Assembly (NCBI RefSeq): GCF_009914755.1
Contig: NC_060934.1
Direction: 5' to 3' (one strand)
DNA length: 64,000 nt
DNA from: the human T2T-CHM13v2.0 reference genome, Homo sapiens
Shown here: positions 50,988-64,000 of the stretch, one piece after another
Layout of the letters: every line of letters begins with the position of its first letter
Position numbering within the stretch: position 1 is the first letter of the stretch
The notes under the pieces: generated by a model
The model's input: the letters and a program-made list of their open reading frames with translations, nothing else
Told to the model about the DNA's origin: nothing
The model's database searches: none
Program-made: the position numbers and the translations under genes

Positions 50988-52933
50988 AGGAGTAAGAGAG
51001 TTACAGGCAAGTGTGAATGAAGTCTGTTCAAAAGGGCTTTCGTTCTTTCAAAGCCTTTTGCTTTTAAAGTTGTTGTGAAGGGCAAATGTTTAGAGGTGGA
51101 TGAAGGTGCTAAAACCTTTCAGCTCCTGTGGTCTCTAGAACATAATGGGAGTCTTTTTCATATGAAGATGATCCTTCTGACCCTCCACCATTTCTGAAGG
51201 TGGATTTGTGCTGATCAGACAAATTCAGATTTGTGAAACCTAAAACAGAATCAATACTCACCGCGTGTCTATTTCTGTCCTTCATCCCTTCGTCTCTCTT
51301 TCCCTCTCATGACCCTTATGCTTCTAGGACTTGTGGTGGGGATTTTTTATTAGAGGTGCAGGTTTTTTATTTTTTATTAGAGGTTCCTAGACAAGGAATA
51401 CAGCAAATCCATGCCCTTGACCTCACTCAGGAACATGCCTTAATGTGCTTAGCTCACCAGTCACCACAGTACTGTCTTTGTGGATCACGTTTTGTTTTCC
51501 TAAAAGATTCATTCATTTGTCCATCCATCCATCCATCCATCCATCATCCATTCACCCATTCACGCATTCATTCATCTCTTGAACCTAACATTTCTGACCT
51601 AGCCTTGGACATAGCATTGAGTTTAGGAAGCTGGGCTCTATAGTGGACCTATCAGGCTTGAATGCAGGTGCTGTAACTCCCTAGCTATGGGATTTGGGAT
51701 CATTATTTAACTTTTGAGCCTTGCGTTCTTACCTTTAAGTGGTGATAATAACAATGCCTATTGCATAGGGTTGTTATATGTATTAGGTGAGATAGCAGAT
51801 ATAAAGTGATTAACACCATGCACAGTGTTAATTGCTGTTATTGTTATTATTCAAAGATGAATCACATGTGACCTTTGCCTTCAAGAAACATATAGTTTAC
51901 TGGGATGGGACAGGCATATAAATCAGCCAAGTGGCCTGAAGCTGAGAGAAAGGAGACATTAATTAGTGCTACTTAGAAAGAAGCCCTCTTTCCCTGACCT
52001 TGAAAGGGATGTGAATAAGCAAACACATTTGAATAAGTTCCAAAGTTACCCAAAGTCATTTCCAGTTCCCTCATATGTCATTTCTTTTGAGTTGTCATAC
52101 ATTTTTGTATTTGCTTCTTCCCTTTTATGTAAGCAGGCATTTTCTCTCTTAAGCCTAGAGATATTAGAGTTGTAGTGGATGAACATTATGTAGATACATA
52201 TAAAATTTAAATACTTTGCATAATCATTATGAAAATCATTGTTAAGAAAAAGTTTCCCAAGCTATTGCTTTGCCACCATAATCTCTGCATGGGGGCTCTT
52301 TCAGTCCTGGACTAAGCCCCTTTTTGAGGATGGTACCCAAAGCCACAGAACTATGTACATGCCCCTCTCCACCCCCAACACCTCCCTAATATATTTAAGT
52401 GGACACCAGATGGATACTTGACTCAAGGGCATTTGATTTCCTGGTTGGCCTGAAGACAGTGACCTTGGACTTTAGTTGTCCTTCTCAAGAAAGATGAGCT
52501 GGATCAACTGGAATTCATTCCTAGGGCACTAAAGAGACTGAACCCATTGGTGGTGGTCTTTGCAGCTAGTTGGAGGGTCCTGTGGATTTGGGGGCTGGGG
52601 AAGCCACTTCTGGTCCACATGCAAGCAGGTGAGAAAGTTGAGAAGGGAGCAGAGGTATGCATTGAGGAGCAGAGATCTTGAGGCCCCTGAGAAATGGAGG
52701 TCTTGCCTTCATTGAGACTTGGTCTAGGGATATGTTTTGCAATGGCATCTGGGCTATATTTTCTAACACACATCCTGCATACCTAACTTTGTTGGGTATG
52801 CAGAAATGTAACCTTTGTTGGGAAACATACCCTTGGTTGGGTATGCAGATCTTGTAGAACTGGGATACAATTCTACAGGATCACTTGTAGGGCTTTTTTC
52901 TGTTCTGCATTGTAGTTAAAAATCAGTTGGCTA

Positions 52934-53948
52934 AAAATTGACAAATGTGATCTAATTAAACTAAAGAGCTCTGCACAGCAAAAGAAGCTATTATCAGTGA
53001 ACAGGCAACCTACAGAATGGGAGAAAATTTTTGCAATCTATCCATCTGACAAAGGACTAATATCCGGACTCTACAAAGAACTTAAACAAATTTACAAGAA
53101 AAAAACAACCCCATCAAAAAGTAGGCGAAGGATATGAACAGACACTTCTCAAAAGAAGACATTTATCTGGCCAACAAACATGTGAAAAAAAGCTTATAAT
53201 CACTGGTCATTAGGGAAATGCAAATCAAAACCACAATGTGATACCATCTCATGCCAGTTAGAATGGCTATCATTAAAAAGTCAGGAAACAAGAGATGCTG
53301 GAGAGGATGTGGAGAAATAGGAACACTTTTACATTGTTGATGGGAGTGTAAATTAGTTCAACCTTTGTGGAAGATAGTATGGCAATTCAAGGATCTAGAA
53401 CCAGAAATACCATTTGACCCAGCAATCCTATTACTGGGTATATACCCGAAGGATTATACATAATTCTACTGTAAAGACACATGCACACATATGTTTATTG
53501 TTCTGTACTGTTCGCAATAGCAAAGACTTGGAGTCAACCCAGATGCCCATCAATGATAGACTAGATAAAGAAAATGTGGCACATATATACCATGGAATAC
53601 TATGCAGCCATAAAAAAGGATGAGTTCATGTCCTTTGCAGGGATATGGATGAAGCTGGAAACCATCATTCTCAGCAAACTAACACAGGAACAGAAACCCA
53701 AACACCGCATTTTCTCACTCATAAGTGGGAGTTGAACAATGAGAACACATGGACACAGGGAGGGGAACATCACACACCAGGGCCTGTCGAGGGGTGGGGG
53801 GCTAGGGGAGGGATAGCATTAGGAGAAATACCTAATGTAGATGACGGGTTGATGGGTGCAGCAAACCACCATGGCACATGTATACCTATGTAACAAATCT
53901 ACACGTTTTGCACATGTATCCCACAACTTAAAGTATAATAATAATAAC
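52934..53948 (+). mobile_element. 5'-truncated L1PA (about PA7/8), ORF2 end plus 3' UTR
   Basis: AAAATTGACAAATGTGATCTAATTAAACTAAAGAGC...G-rich 3' UTR...ACTTAAAGTATAATAATAA; TSD AAATCA(G/A)TTGGCTA at 52920-52933 and 53949-53962. Confidence 0.92.
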
Positions 53949-55099
53949 AAATCAATTGGCTATTAATCACCAGATATATGCTATTCCATTTACATTTGGG
54001 AGCTTTATTTTTGGAGGTACAAACCCTACCCAATTTTCTGGTGAGTTTGTAAGGCAATCCAATCTTGCGCCTTCAGCATTTAATGTGTGCCACAGTTCAA
54101 AGAGGACCAGCTGGGTGTGTGCTCTTCATGGTTTCCACTGGGAGAAGAATTTTGTCAATAACTGGGAAGCAACAAGTTCATGTGAGAACTGCAGCATGGC
54201 TCATGAAGATCCTTTTCAGGGCAGTTCCCATTTTCTGAAGTGTGCGGGTGCTGTCTTAGTGAGCAAAGTGGAGCTTGCACTGAGGTTTTACTAGAAAGAA
54301 AATTGAAGCAGCACAAAAAACATCTTGAAATCGTATGACTTGTAGAATGGAAAATTCCAAATCAGGCAGCCCGTGGCTCGAATCCTAGCTTTGCCAGTGA
54401 TTAGCTATGTGATCCGGGGCAAATTTTCTACATCCTAGGCTCCAGCTGCCTCATTTGTTAAAGACAACCCAAAATATTGTTAGGAAGATTAAATGAAAAT
54501 GTATGTAACATATTTAATCCAGTGCCTGGCATATAGTGATAACTCAATACATGCTAATTATTGATATTTTAAAAAATATTATCGCTAGTATTATATATAA
54601 ATATATTAAATATATGTAAATATATATTAATTTATATATAATACTAGCCATTATTTGTTTTCAAATAATATATATGGCATATATATGCCTTCAAAAAGAA
54701 TATATATATTTTGTATGTATATATCTTCAAAAGGAGCATATATATTTTATAGAGAGAGATATATATATTCCTTTTGAAGATGGTCTTTGACCAAAGAAGC
54801 CAAAAAATAAATAAAAATTTCTATTTTTTTTCTTTTGGGCTATACGAATGTCATGTTATTCTGTAACATTAGATTCTTAGGGCATTCATTAAATCTAATA
54901 TTCTTTTCCTAATGGGAGAGAACTTTTTATTTCAGGCAGTGCATTATGTAACTACATCTTCCTAATTTCCATTTTATTCTCCAGTCTCTTTCAAAACATA
55001 AGTTGAGTTATAAACTCTGAACTGCTAATGTGGGAGTGGGAGTCCACCTCTGAGGATGCCTACAGTGCTCTCTAGTATTAATAAAGTCCCTGCTACTGC

Positions 55100-55820
55100 A
55101 GTGAGATGCCACCTCACCCATTAGGATAGCCGTTATTAAAATTCCAGAAAATAGCAAGTGTAGGTGAGGATGTGGAGAGATTAGAACTCTTGTGTACTGC
55201 TAGTAGGAATGTAAAATGGTGCAGTCTCTACGTAAAGCAGTATAGTGGTTTCTCAAAAAAATTAAACAGAATTACCATATGATCCAGCAATTCTGCCTCT
55301 GGGTATATACCTAAAGGAAATGAGAGCAGGGACTTGAAGAGATACTTGTACACTCATGTTCATACAGCATTATTCACAACAGCCAAAAGATAGAAACAAC
55401 TCAAGTGCCCATCGATGGATGAATGAATAAAGAAAATGTGTATACACACAATGGAATATTAGCCTTAAAAGAAGAGAAATTCTGACATATGCTACAACAT
55501 GGATGAACCCCCTCAGAACAGTATGCTAAGTGAAATAAGCTAGATGTGAAAAGACAACTACTGTATGATTCCACTTACGTGAAGTGTCTAGAGTAATCAA
55601 ATTCATAGAGACAGAGAGTAAAACGGTGGTTGCCAGAGGCTGGGAAAAGGGTGGATTTGGGGAGTTATTGCTTAATGAGTACAGAATTTCAGTTTGGGAA
55701 AATGAAAAAGTTGTGGAGTGGATGGTGAGATGGTTGCACAACTATGTGAATGTACTTAATGCCACTGAAATGTACACTTAAAAATGGTTAAAGTAATAAA
55801 TTTTATGTACATTTTAACCC
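55100..55820 (+). mobile_element. L1M (MA/MB) 3' fragment
   Basis: AACAGAATTACCATATGATCCAGCAATTC...AAATTCATAGAGACAGAGAGTAAAACGGTGGTTGCCAG...ACACTTAAAAATGGTTAA. Confidence 0.85.
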
Positions 55821-55952
55821 ACACATCTTAACAAAGTGTTCAGCACACAGTCTGAATAAACACTGGCTGCCTTAAAAAAAAAAAAAAAAGGGCCTCTTGG
55901 GTTTGTGTTATTATGCCCTGGAGGTACAGCCTCATGACCAAGGTTTGACTGA

Positions 55953-56755
<803 letters not shown>

Positions 56756-56874
56756 TCTTTCTGACTTCTTAAGCTAAATACAATAGTCACAAATTCTCAA
56801 TCTTTCTCATTTAAAAATAAATTTATATAAAGTTACACATTTACTTTCAAATACGTCCTTTACTACATCTCACA

Positions 56875-56877
<3 letters not shown>

Positions 56878-56908
<31 letters not shown>

Positions 56909-57203
56909 CAACAGGGTCTTGCTCTGTCACCCAAGTGAGAGTCCAGTGGTGTGATCATTGCTTACTGTAGCCTCCACCTCTTGGGCTCAAGTGATCCTCC
57001 CACCTCAGCCTCCTAAGTAGCTGGGATTACAGGTGCACATCACCGTGCCTGACTAATTAAAAAAAAATTTTTTTTTAAATCTGTGGAGACAAGGTCTCAC
57101 TATGTCGTCGAGGCTGGTCTCAAACTCCTGGACCCAAACAATCCTCCCCTGTTAGCCCTCCCAAAGTGCTGGTATTACACGTGTGAGCTACCATGCCTGG
57201 CCC
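56878..57203 (-). mobile_element. AluJ
   Basis: Diverged reverse Alu (GGGCTCAAGTGATCCTCCCACC). Confidence 0.88.
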
Positions 57204-57865
57204 ATCTCAAAAGTTTTGATGTGAGATATTTCATAATTGTTTGGTTCTACATACTTATGATTTCCACTGAGATTTCCTCTTTTACCATAAATTACTGAGA
57301 TGTATATTTTTAAGCTTACAAACATGTGGGCTATTTTTTATTGCTCATTTATAACTTAATGGCAGTGTAGTCAGAGTCATCTGAATGATACCAATTTTTG
57401 TGATTTGTTAAGTTTTCCACTGTAACACAATTAATCTTTATAAATGGCTTATAATACACTTGCAAATAACTTTCTCTATTTGTTAGGTACAATGATGAAT
57501 TTTTATATTCATTAGATTGTTAATTGTGTTATTCAGTTATCTTCTGTTCTTATTAAATTTTGACCTACATTATCTATCAATTTTTCTGATATGTTAAGAT
57601 CTCTCATTATGTTGATTTGTCAGTTTCTGCTTTAAATTCTGTTTTTGCTTTATGTAATTTGTTACTTGTTTTGCTTTAATATTTTTAATGTATGTAATGA
57701 ATTATGTAATTTTGAGGCTGTGTTATTAGTTGCATACAAGTTTATGATTATTAATAATTATTATATCCTCTAGGTGAATTTTTTTCCTTTATTATTACAA
57801 AGTATGCCTCTTCATCCCTATTAACACCTTTGGCTTTACATATTAACTGATGCAACATTCTGTGA

Positions 57866-58274
<409 letters not shown>

Positions 58275-59070
58275 TAGCTAGATTAAAAATGCAAATGCAG
58301 TATAATAATTTCAGTCTTTAAATAGGTAGATTTAATCCATTTAGATTTCTTTGTGATTAGTAATATATATGAGTTTATTTCTTCAGTTCTGCTGCCTTAT
58401 TTAGGTATTTTTACTTATAATGCTTTTGTTTTCTCTTTCTTCCTCCTCTGCCTTTTGTTGGATTGATAGTTTTTCATATTTCTCCCCTCTTCCCCACCTC
58501 ACTTCTGGCTTGAAAGCTATAGATTGATAGTTACCTTTAAAGTATTCTATCTATTTTCCATCAAACTCTATAGTTATTCAATAATTCTAGCTTCTTTCCA
58601 ATAGTAACAGTCATTTCTCACGTTACCTACTCACAGATCACTCCCTTTAACTATCTTATAATTGCTATTTATAGTTTTATTTTTCTTCAATTTTAAAATA
58701 TCAAAGTTAGTTATTTTATAGTTCAGCAGTTAATTACTTATATTAATATACTATGTATGTATGTGTGTATGTATATATATCTGCCAATAGTTGCTCTTTA
58801 CCTTTGAGTTACTTTTTTTCTTGCTGAAATGTATCCTTTAGTAATTTTTTGTTTTGTTTGTTTTGTAATGAGAATCTGAGTATGTTTTTGTATTCCAGAT
58901 AATGTCTTTATTTTGTCCTCACTCTCAAAAGATAGTTTAGCTGGATATGAAATTCTAGGTTGATAGTTAATTTTCTCTCTGCATACTTTTTGTACATCTG
59001 TACTTCCTGTTGAGAAGTCCGCTGTGAGCCTAACTATTGTTCCTTTAGAAGCTATCTTTCTTTCCCTCTG

Positions 59071-59586
59071 TGTATTAGTTAGGTTTTGCCCGAGAAACAG
59101 AATCAATAAAATAATGTGTGTGTGTGTGTATGTATACATACATACATTTATATATATAGTTATACATACACATACACACATATATATGTATAAAGATATT
59201 TATTGTAAAGAATTAGCTCATGCAACACAGAGGCTTGGCAAGTCTAAAATTTGATAGAGGAGACTGGACAATCAGGGAAGAGTTGCAGTTCAAATCCAAA
59301 TGCAGTCTGGTGGTAAACAAGGAATAGCCAATGTTGCAAATGAAGTCTGAAGGCAATCTGCTGACAGAATTCTCTCTTGCTTGGGGAAGGTCAGCCCTTT
59401 GTTCTGTTCAGGTCTTCAGCAGATTGGATGAACCCCACCCATATTATGGAGAGCAATTTGCTTTACTCAAAGTTGATTTAAATGTAAATCTCATCTAAAA
59501 ACACCCTCACAGAAAAATCTAGAATAATTTCCAAATGTCTAGGTATCCTGGCCCAGCGAAGTTGACACATAAAAGTAGCCATAGCA
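59071..59586 (-). mobile_element. MLT2-like ERVL solo LTR with internal (TG)/(TA) microsatellite
   Basis: TGTATTAGTTAGGTTTT...CCAGCGAAGTTGACACATAAAAGTAGCCATAGCA; 5-bp TSD CTCTG at 59066 and 59587. Confidence 0.8.
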
Positions 59587-60050
59587 CTCTGGAAGCTATT
59601 AAGATTGTCTTTTTATTCTTTTTATTCTGCAATTTCATTGTGATATGTCTAGTTGTGGATTTATTTTCATATATTCTTGCTTAGTGCTGAAAATGTAATA
59701 TACATCTTCAGTTCTTAAAGATTTTCAGCATTTGTATTTCTGAATAGTGCTTCCCCACCAGTCCCTACATTCTCTTGTTCTGGTATCCCTGCTTGGTGAA
59801 TGTTGGAACCTTATAATTCTCTGTCTGTGTCTCTTAATTGCTCTTCCATATTTTAGTTTTGTTTTCTCTCCATGCTATGTTCTGGATGAGTTCCTCAGAA
59901 CTCTCTGCAATTTACTAATTCTCTCTTTGTGTCTAATCCAGAATTTATTTCACCTAGTAAGTTTTCAAAAAAATTCTTGGATTTCTATTTTATTTCATAT
60001 CCACCTCTTCTTGTTTTGCATTTGCTTATTTTTGATACATAATTTCTTGA

Positions 60051-60416
<366 letters not shown>

Positions 60417-63400
60417 TGAATATTTTAAACATAAATGAAGGCTTTGGTACAGGGAGCTATAAAATTTTAATTTCATCTAGGGTAAATATAGATTTCAATT
60501 TTGATTTTGAGGGCTGACATACAATTTTGATTTCCAGGCTTTATTTTTTGAGACAGAGTCTTGTTCTGTTGTCCAGGCTGAAATGCAATGGCGTGATCAT
60601 AGCTCACTGCAGCCTCGACCTCCTGGACTCAGGCAATCCTCCCACGTCTGGAGTAGCTGCAACTGCAGCTGTAGTGGTAAACTCCCTGCCACTGCTTCCT
60701 GCTTCCAGCCCCAGAGATCAGCTATTTAAGTCCACAGAAATGTTTATTTTTTACTTTGGAGTCTGACTGTGCCTTTTTTGTTTTCTCTTATGATTTAGCT
60801 GTCATTGCTGTGGTGTTTGGAGCAGAGAGTGTTCAATGTGAGCTTATTGTGTCAACTGGTTAACTCATATGATTAAAAATTTTTGCCTTACTAATGTCAC
60901 AAGATAGATGATCTGGTGGGAAACAATTAGAAAATAAAAATAAAAGAAACAATTAGAAAGTAAAAACTTCTTTTATTGGTAAGCAATTAGTATTGCTTAC
61001 ATTGAGAAAATAAACATTTGTTGTGTTTGCAAATCTTAGTCCAGATGGACCTTCTTTCAGAATTTGTTCTACTCTCACTACCAGTATGATCATCAGTCGG
61101 GAGAAAGTATCACTGGTCTTGGCAGCTGGTGGCAGGATGACTTTGCCCTGATCATTTCAAGTTTTGGTATGAAATGGAGATTGTGCCATCCTTATCTACC
61201 TCATTGGCGAGAACATGTGTTAAAGCTCTTTGAAATACATTGGGATGCTATAGTATGGTGAGTGCTATTACTAATGCTCCTTGTTTATACTCATTGGAGA
61301 GGACAGCATTGTGTGGCCCAGGGAAATAGTTTTGGAAGCAGGTGGATCTGTGTTTTGATTCTGGGTTTCCCTTATTTTTTGTGTGATCTTAGCAGGCAAG
61401 TCAGTTAACCTGACTCATCGTGAAATGATATTATACTGTGTGCTTTTTTTTTCTGTTTACCTGGGATAGGACGTTGGCTTCCTCTTTGTTTCCTATCACC
61501 CAAACACTTCATTAGTGCCAAATTCCATCTCGGAGTTAAATGAGGGGACCTAAAATGCCCAGGGCACTTTGCCCATTATCAATCTTAAATGTGGTTTCTT
61601 TTTCCAGGGCTTTATCTATGTGAAGCTCTTCTCATATTTGCTTTGCCTTTCATTATTTCTTTTTATTTCTTGGGTATAGGGCCCTAGAACTTGAAAGTGT
61701 TTCTGAGGGACATGTCCAAGGGCCCAAGGGGACAGAGGAATAGATCAAGCTCAGCTATCTCCTGTCCTAGCTCTGCTGCCTTCTCCGCCTACCATCTCCA
61801 ACCATCCCAAGGGCAGGTGTTTGTGGTGAGCACACCTATGGTGCTGGCACTTTGTCATCTCTTCTTACTATCATATTTACATGTACTGGACCAGGAAGCA
61901 ATGTATTTAGACTACGGAACCTCTGTGAGGGGATAGAGAATTCAGATGAGGTATGGTAGGTAGGAATGTCATTCCTGCCCTGCTGAGAGGTGACTGTGCT
62001 TGACATATATGAATCTGGACTTGGCCACAAGGGACTGGAAGAGGGAACTCTGAGACCTTGGCTGGTTTTAGCTTCCTCATTGCTGAAAAGGGGTGTTGCT
62101 GTTGATGGTGGCTTGAAGTCCATGGCTGAGGGAATGGCACTTTTGGTTGCTCTGGCTTCCCCTGTTCCAGGGAAGGCCCTGGTCCTCATGCAGCGGTGGG
62201 GATTGGTGGCTCTTTGTTGGGTCTCAGGGCAGGATATCTCAGGATGATATTGCAATCCCTTCCCTGACTCATTTCTTCTTTAAAATGGCCTCTTGAGAGC
62301 CTTCTTTGGCCATCTGCTAGGAATCTGACCAATACCAATTACTTTCTGAATTTTTCTTGCTCTAAAGTCAAGAAACTAAGATGGAGTGACCAGTATCAAT
62401 ATACTTTCCTTTTCTGGTTTCTGGGTGAAGAAAGATTAGCATTGCTGGAAGGTGAGATGGTTATATTAAATTCATTGCTTCTATGCTAAATCTTGACAAA
62501 TATGAAAAGCAAAGGGAAAAAGGGGAGGGGATCCTAACTCAAGCCTGGAAGCTTTTGAATGGCTGGAAAATCATTGCATTAAGACACAATAAACATCAAT
62601 CTGCAGGTATGTTATAATTTTATTTTTTTAAGATAACATTGACTGGCTGTAACTGCTTTTGTATCGAAGCAGGGAAGCCGTACCCGAACTTGAAAATCTT
62701 TCATCTGTTATCCCTAATACATACTCACAAGCACATCGCAGTCTTGAGGAAGTACAATTAAAAAGGGGGTAATCCTTTTTTCAAGTCCTCAGGTTTAATT
62801 TTCCTGATTATGGTAGATTATGAGTCATTCTGGGTCTTGGTCTCCAAGAGAGACAGCGCCTTCCCTTCAGTCCCTTTCAACAGTTGTTTATGGCAGTTTC
62901 AGCCTCTTTCTGCCGCTCGGAGGCTCTTTATTTTTAAAGCAAGGCAGACAAGGCCTAAAATTATTCCATTAAAGAGGGGCAATTTTTGTAATGGGACTTA
63001 GAGTGCTTTGCAGAAGTGCAGGCAAGTTTCTTCAATATCCTGAGCATTATTCGCTCATTTAGTTAAATGATGTTTCTAATTCCCTGGTAATTACATGTAA
63101 TGAGGCACTTTTTCTCTTCTTGATGAGACTTTAGCTTAATATGAGATGGCGTATTTTTTTCTTTTTTTCTTTTTCCATGGGGATAATTACCCCTTCCCAG
63201 GAAAAGCAGGGTTTGTTGTGCAGAATATAGCAAATTATTTTATTTCCTGCCATCTTGACTGCCAGTAAATTATAAAATTAAGTTTCAGTGGCGCATTAGC
63301 ACCATTTTGGAAAAGGCTCAAGACTCCATTTTTTCTTTTTCTTTTTCTCTTTCTTTCTTCTTTTTTTTTTTTTTTCAATTCATGTACTGCTTTCCTCTGG

Positions 63401-64000
63401 GACTGTAGAGGCTATTATTCATAGAACAGATTTTTTTTTCTGCCAATTCCTAGTATTCAGATGTATTGAAGCAGCAACATAGGTTTAATTTTTCTGGATG
63501 GTATCCAGCGTAGAATGTTCTTATAAGCGTCTTTGTGTTCAGGTAATTATCATCATAAAGTTAAGTAATATGTCCCCTCTTTTCTCTGGTCTCCTCTCAC
63601 TCCTCCTTTGGATGTCAAATTACCTATTTTTGTGCAATGCTTTAATTAGGCGCAAAGCAACTAAATTTGAATCACATGAAGGTGGTGACACCAACTATTA
63701 AAAGGCAAGAAACTCAGTTAATATAGTCACTCTACTTAGCTCTTTCTGTTGTTAAAAAGCAAATTCGAGGAAAGAAAAATATGGGGAGAGCATCATTTAA
63801 TTAAGGACAATGTCATGCTGAACTTTGGTTTTCTGGATTTAATTATTTTTACCAATTTTAAGAATTATATGTTTGTGTGTGTGTTTGTGCAAATGCACAC
63901 TTCTGCCATTTTTTATTTTTGTTTGTGCAGAAGAAACATTTCTTTGGAAGAAGCAGCCAAATGAGATGAAAAGAGGAAAAGAGAGCTTTGGCCGGGGAGC

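Noticed and set aside
53414-53893. ORFs within the L1PA fragment
   Set aside because: 5'-truncated, frameshifted ORF2 end and 3' UTR; cannot be active.

Overview
Primate (almost certainly human) genomic DNA, recognisable as the HMX3-HMX2-BUB3 locus (10q26.13 from prior knowledge of these genes). Three + strand protein-coding genes can be spliced exactly from the sequence: HMX3 (2 coding exons, 357 aa), HMX2 (2 coding exons, 273 aa) and BUB3 (non-coding exon 1, 7 coding exons, two alternative last acceptors giving 328 or 326 aa). There is also a frameshifted RPS26 processed pseudogene on the - strand with intact target-site duplications. The HMX pair sits in a large CpG-island domain interrupted by AT-rich, motif-dense blocks that look like conserved enhancers. 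The flanks are rich in Alu, L1, MIR, L2, ERVL/MaLR LTRs and MER30. I see no CRISPR, rRNA or tRNA, and no convincing wholly new system. The best leads are a 173-codon spliced alternative-frame ORF starting 11 nt upstream of the HMX2 AUG, a PBX-HOX/MEIS/SOX motif cluster in BUB3 intron 4, long identical stretches in the HMX2 and HMX3 homeoboxes, an in-frame strong-Kozak AUG in BUB3 intron 1, a 21-bp inverted templated-insertion-like scar, and a cluster of AT-rich palindromes. Repeat subfamily calls are by eye and approximate.
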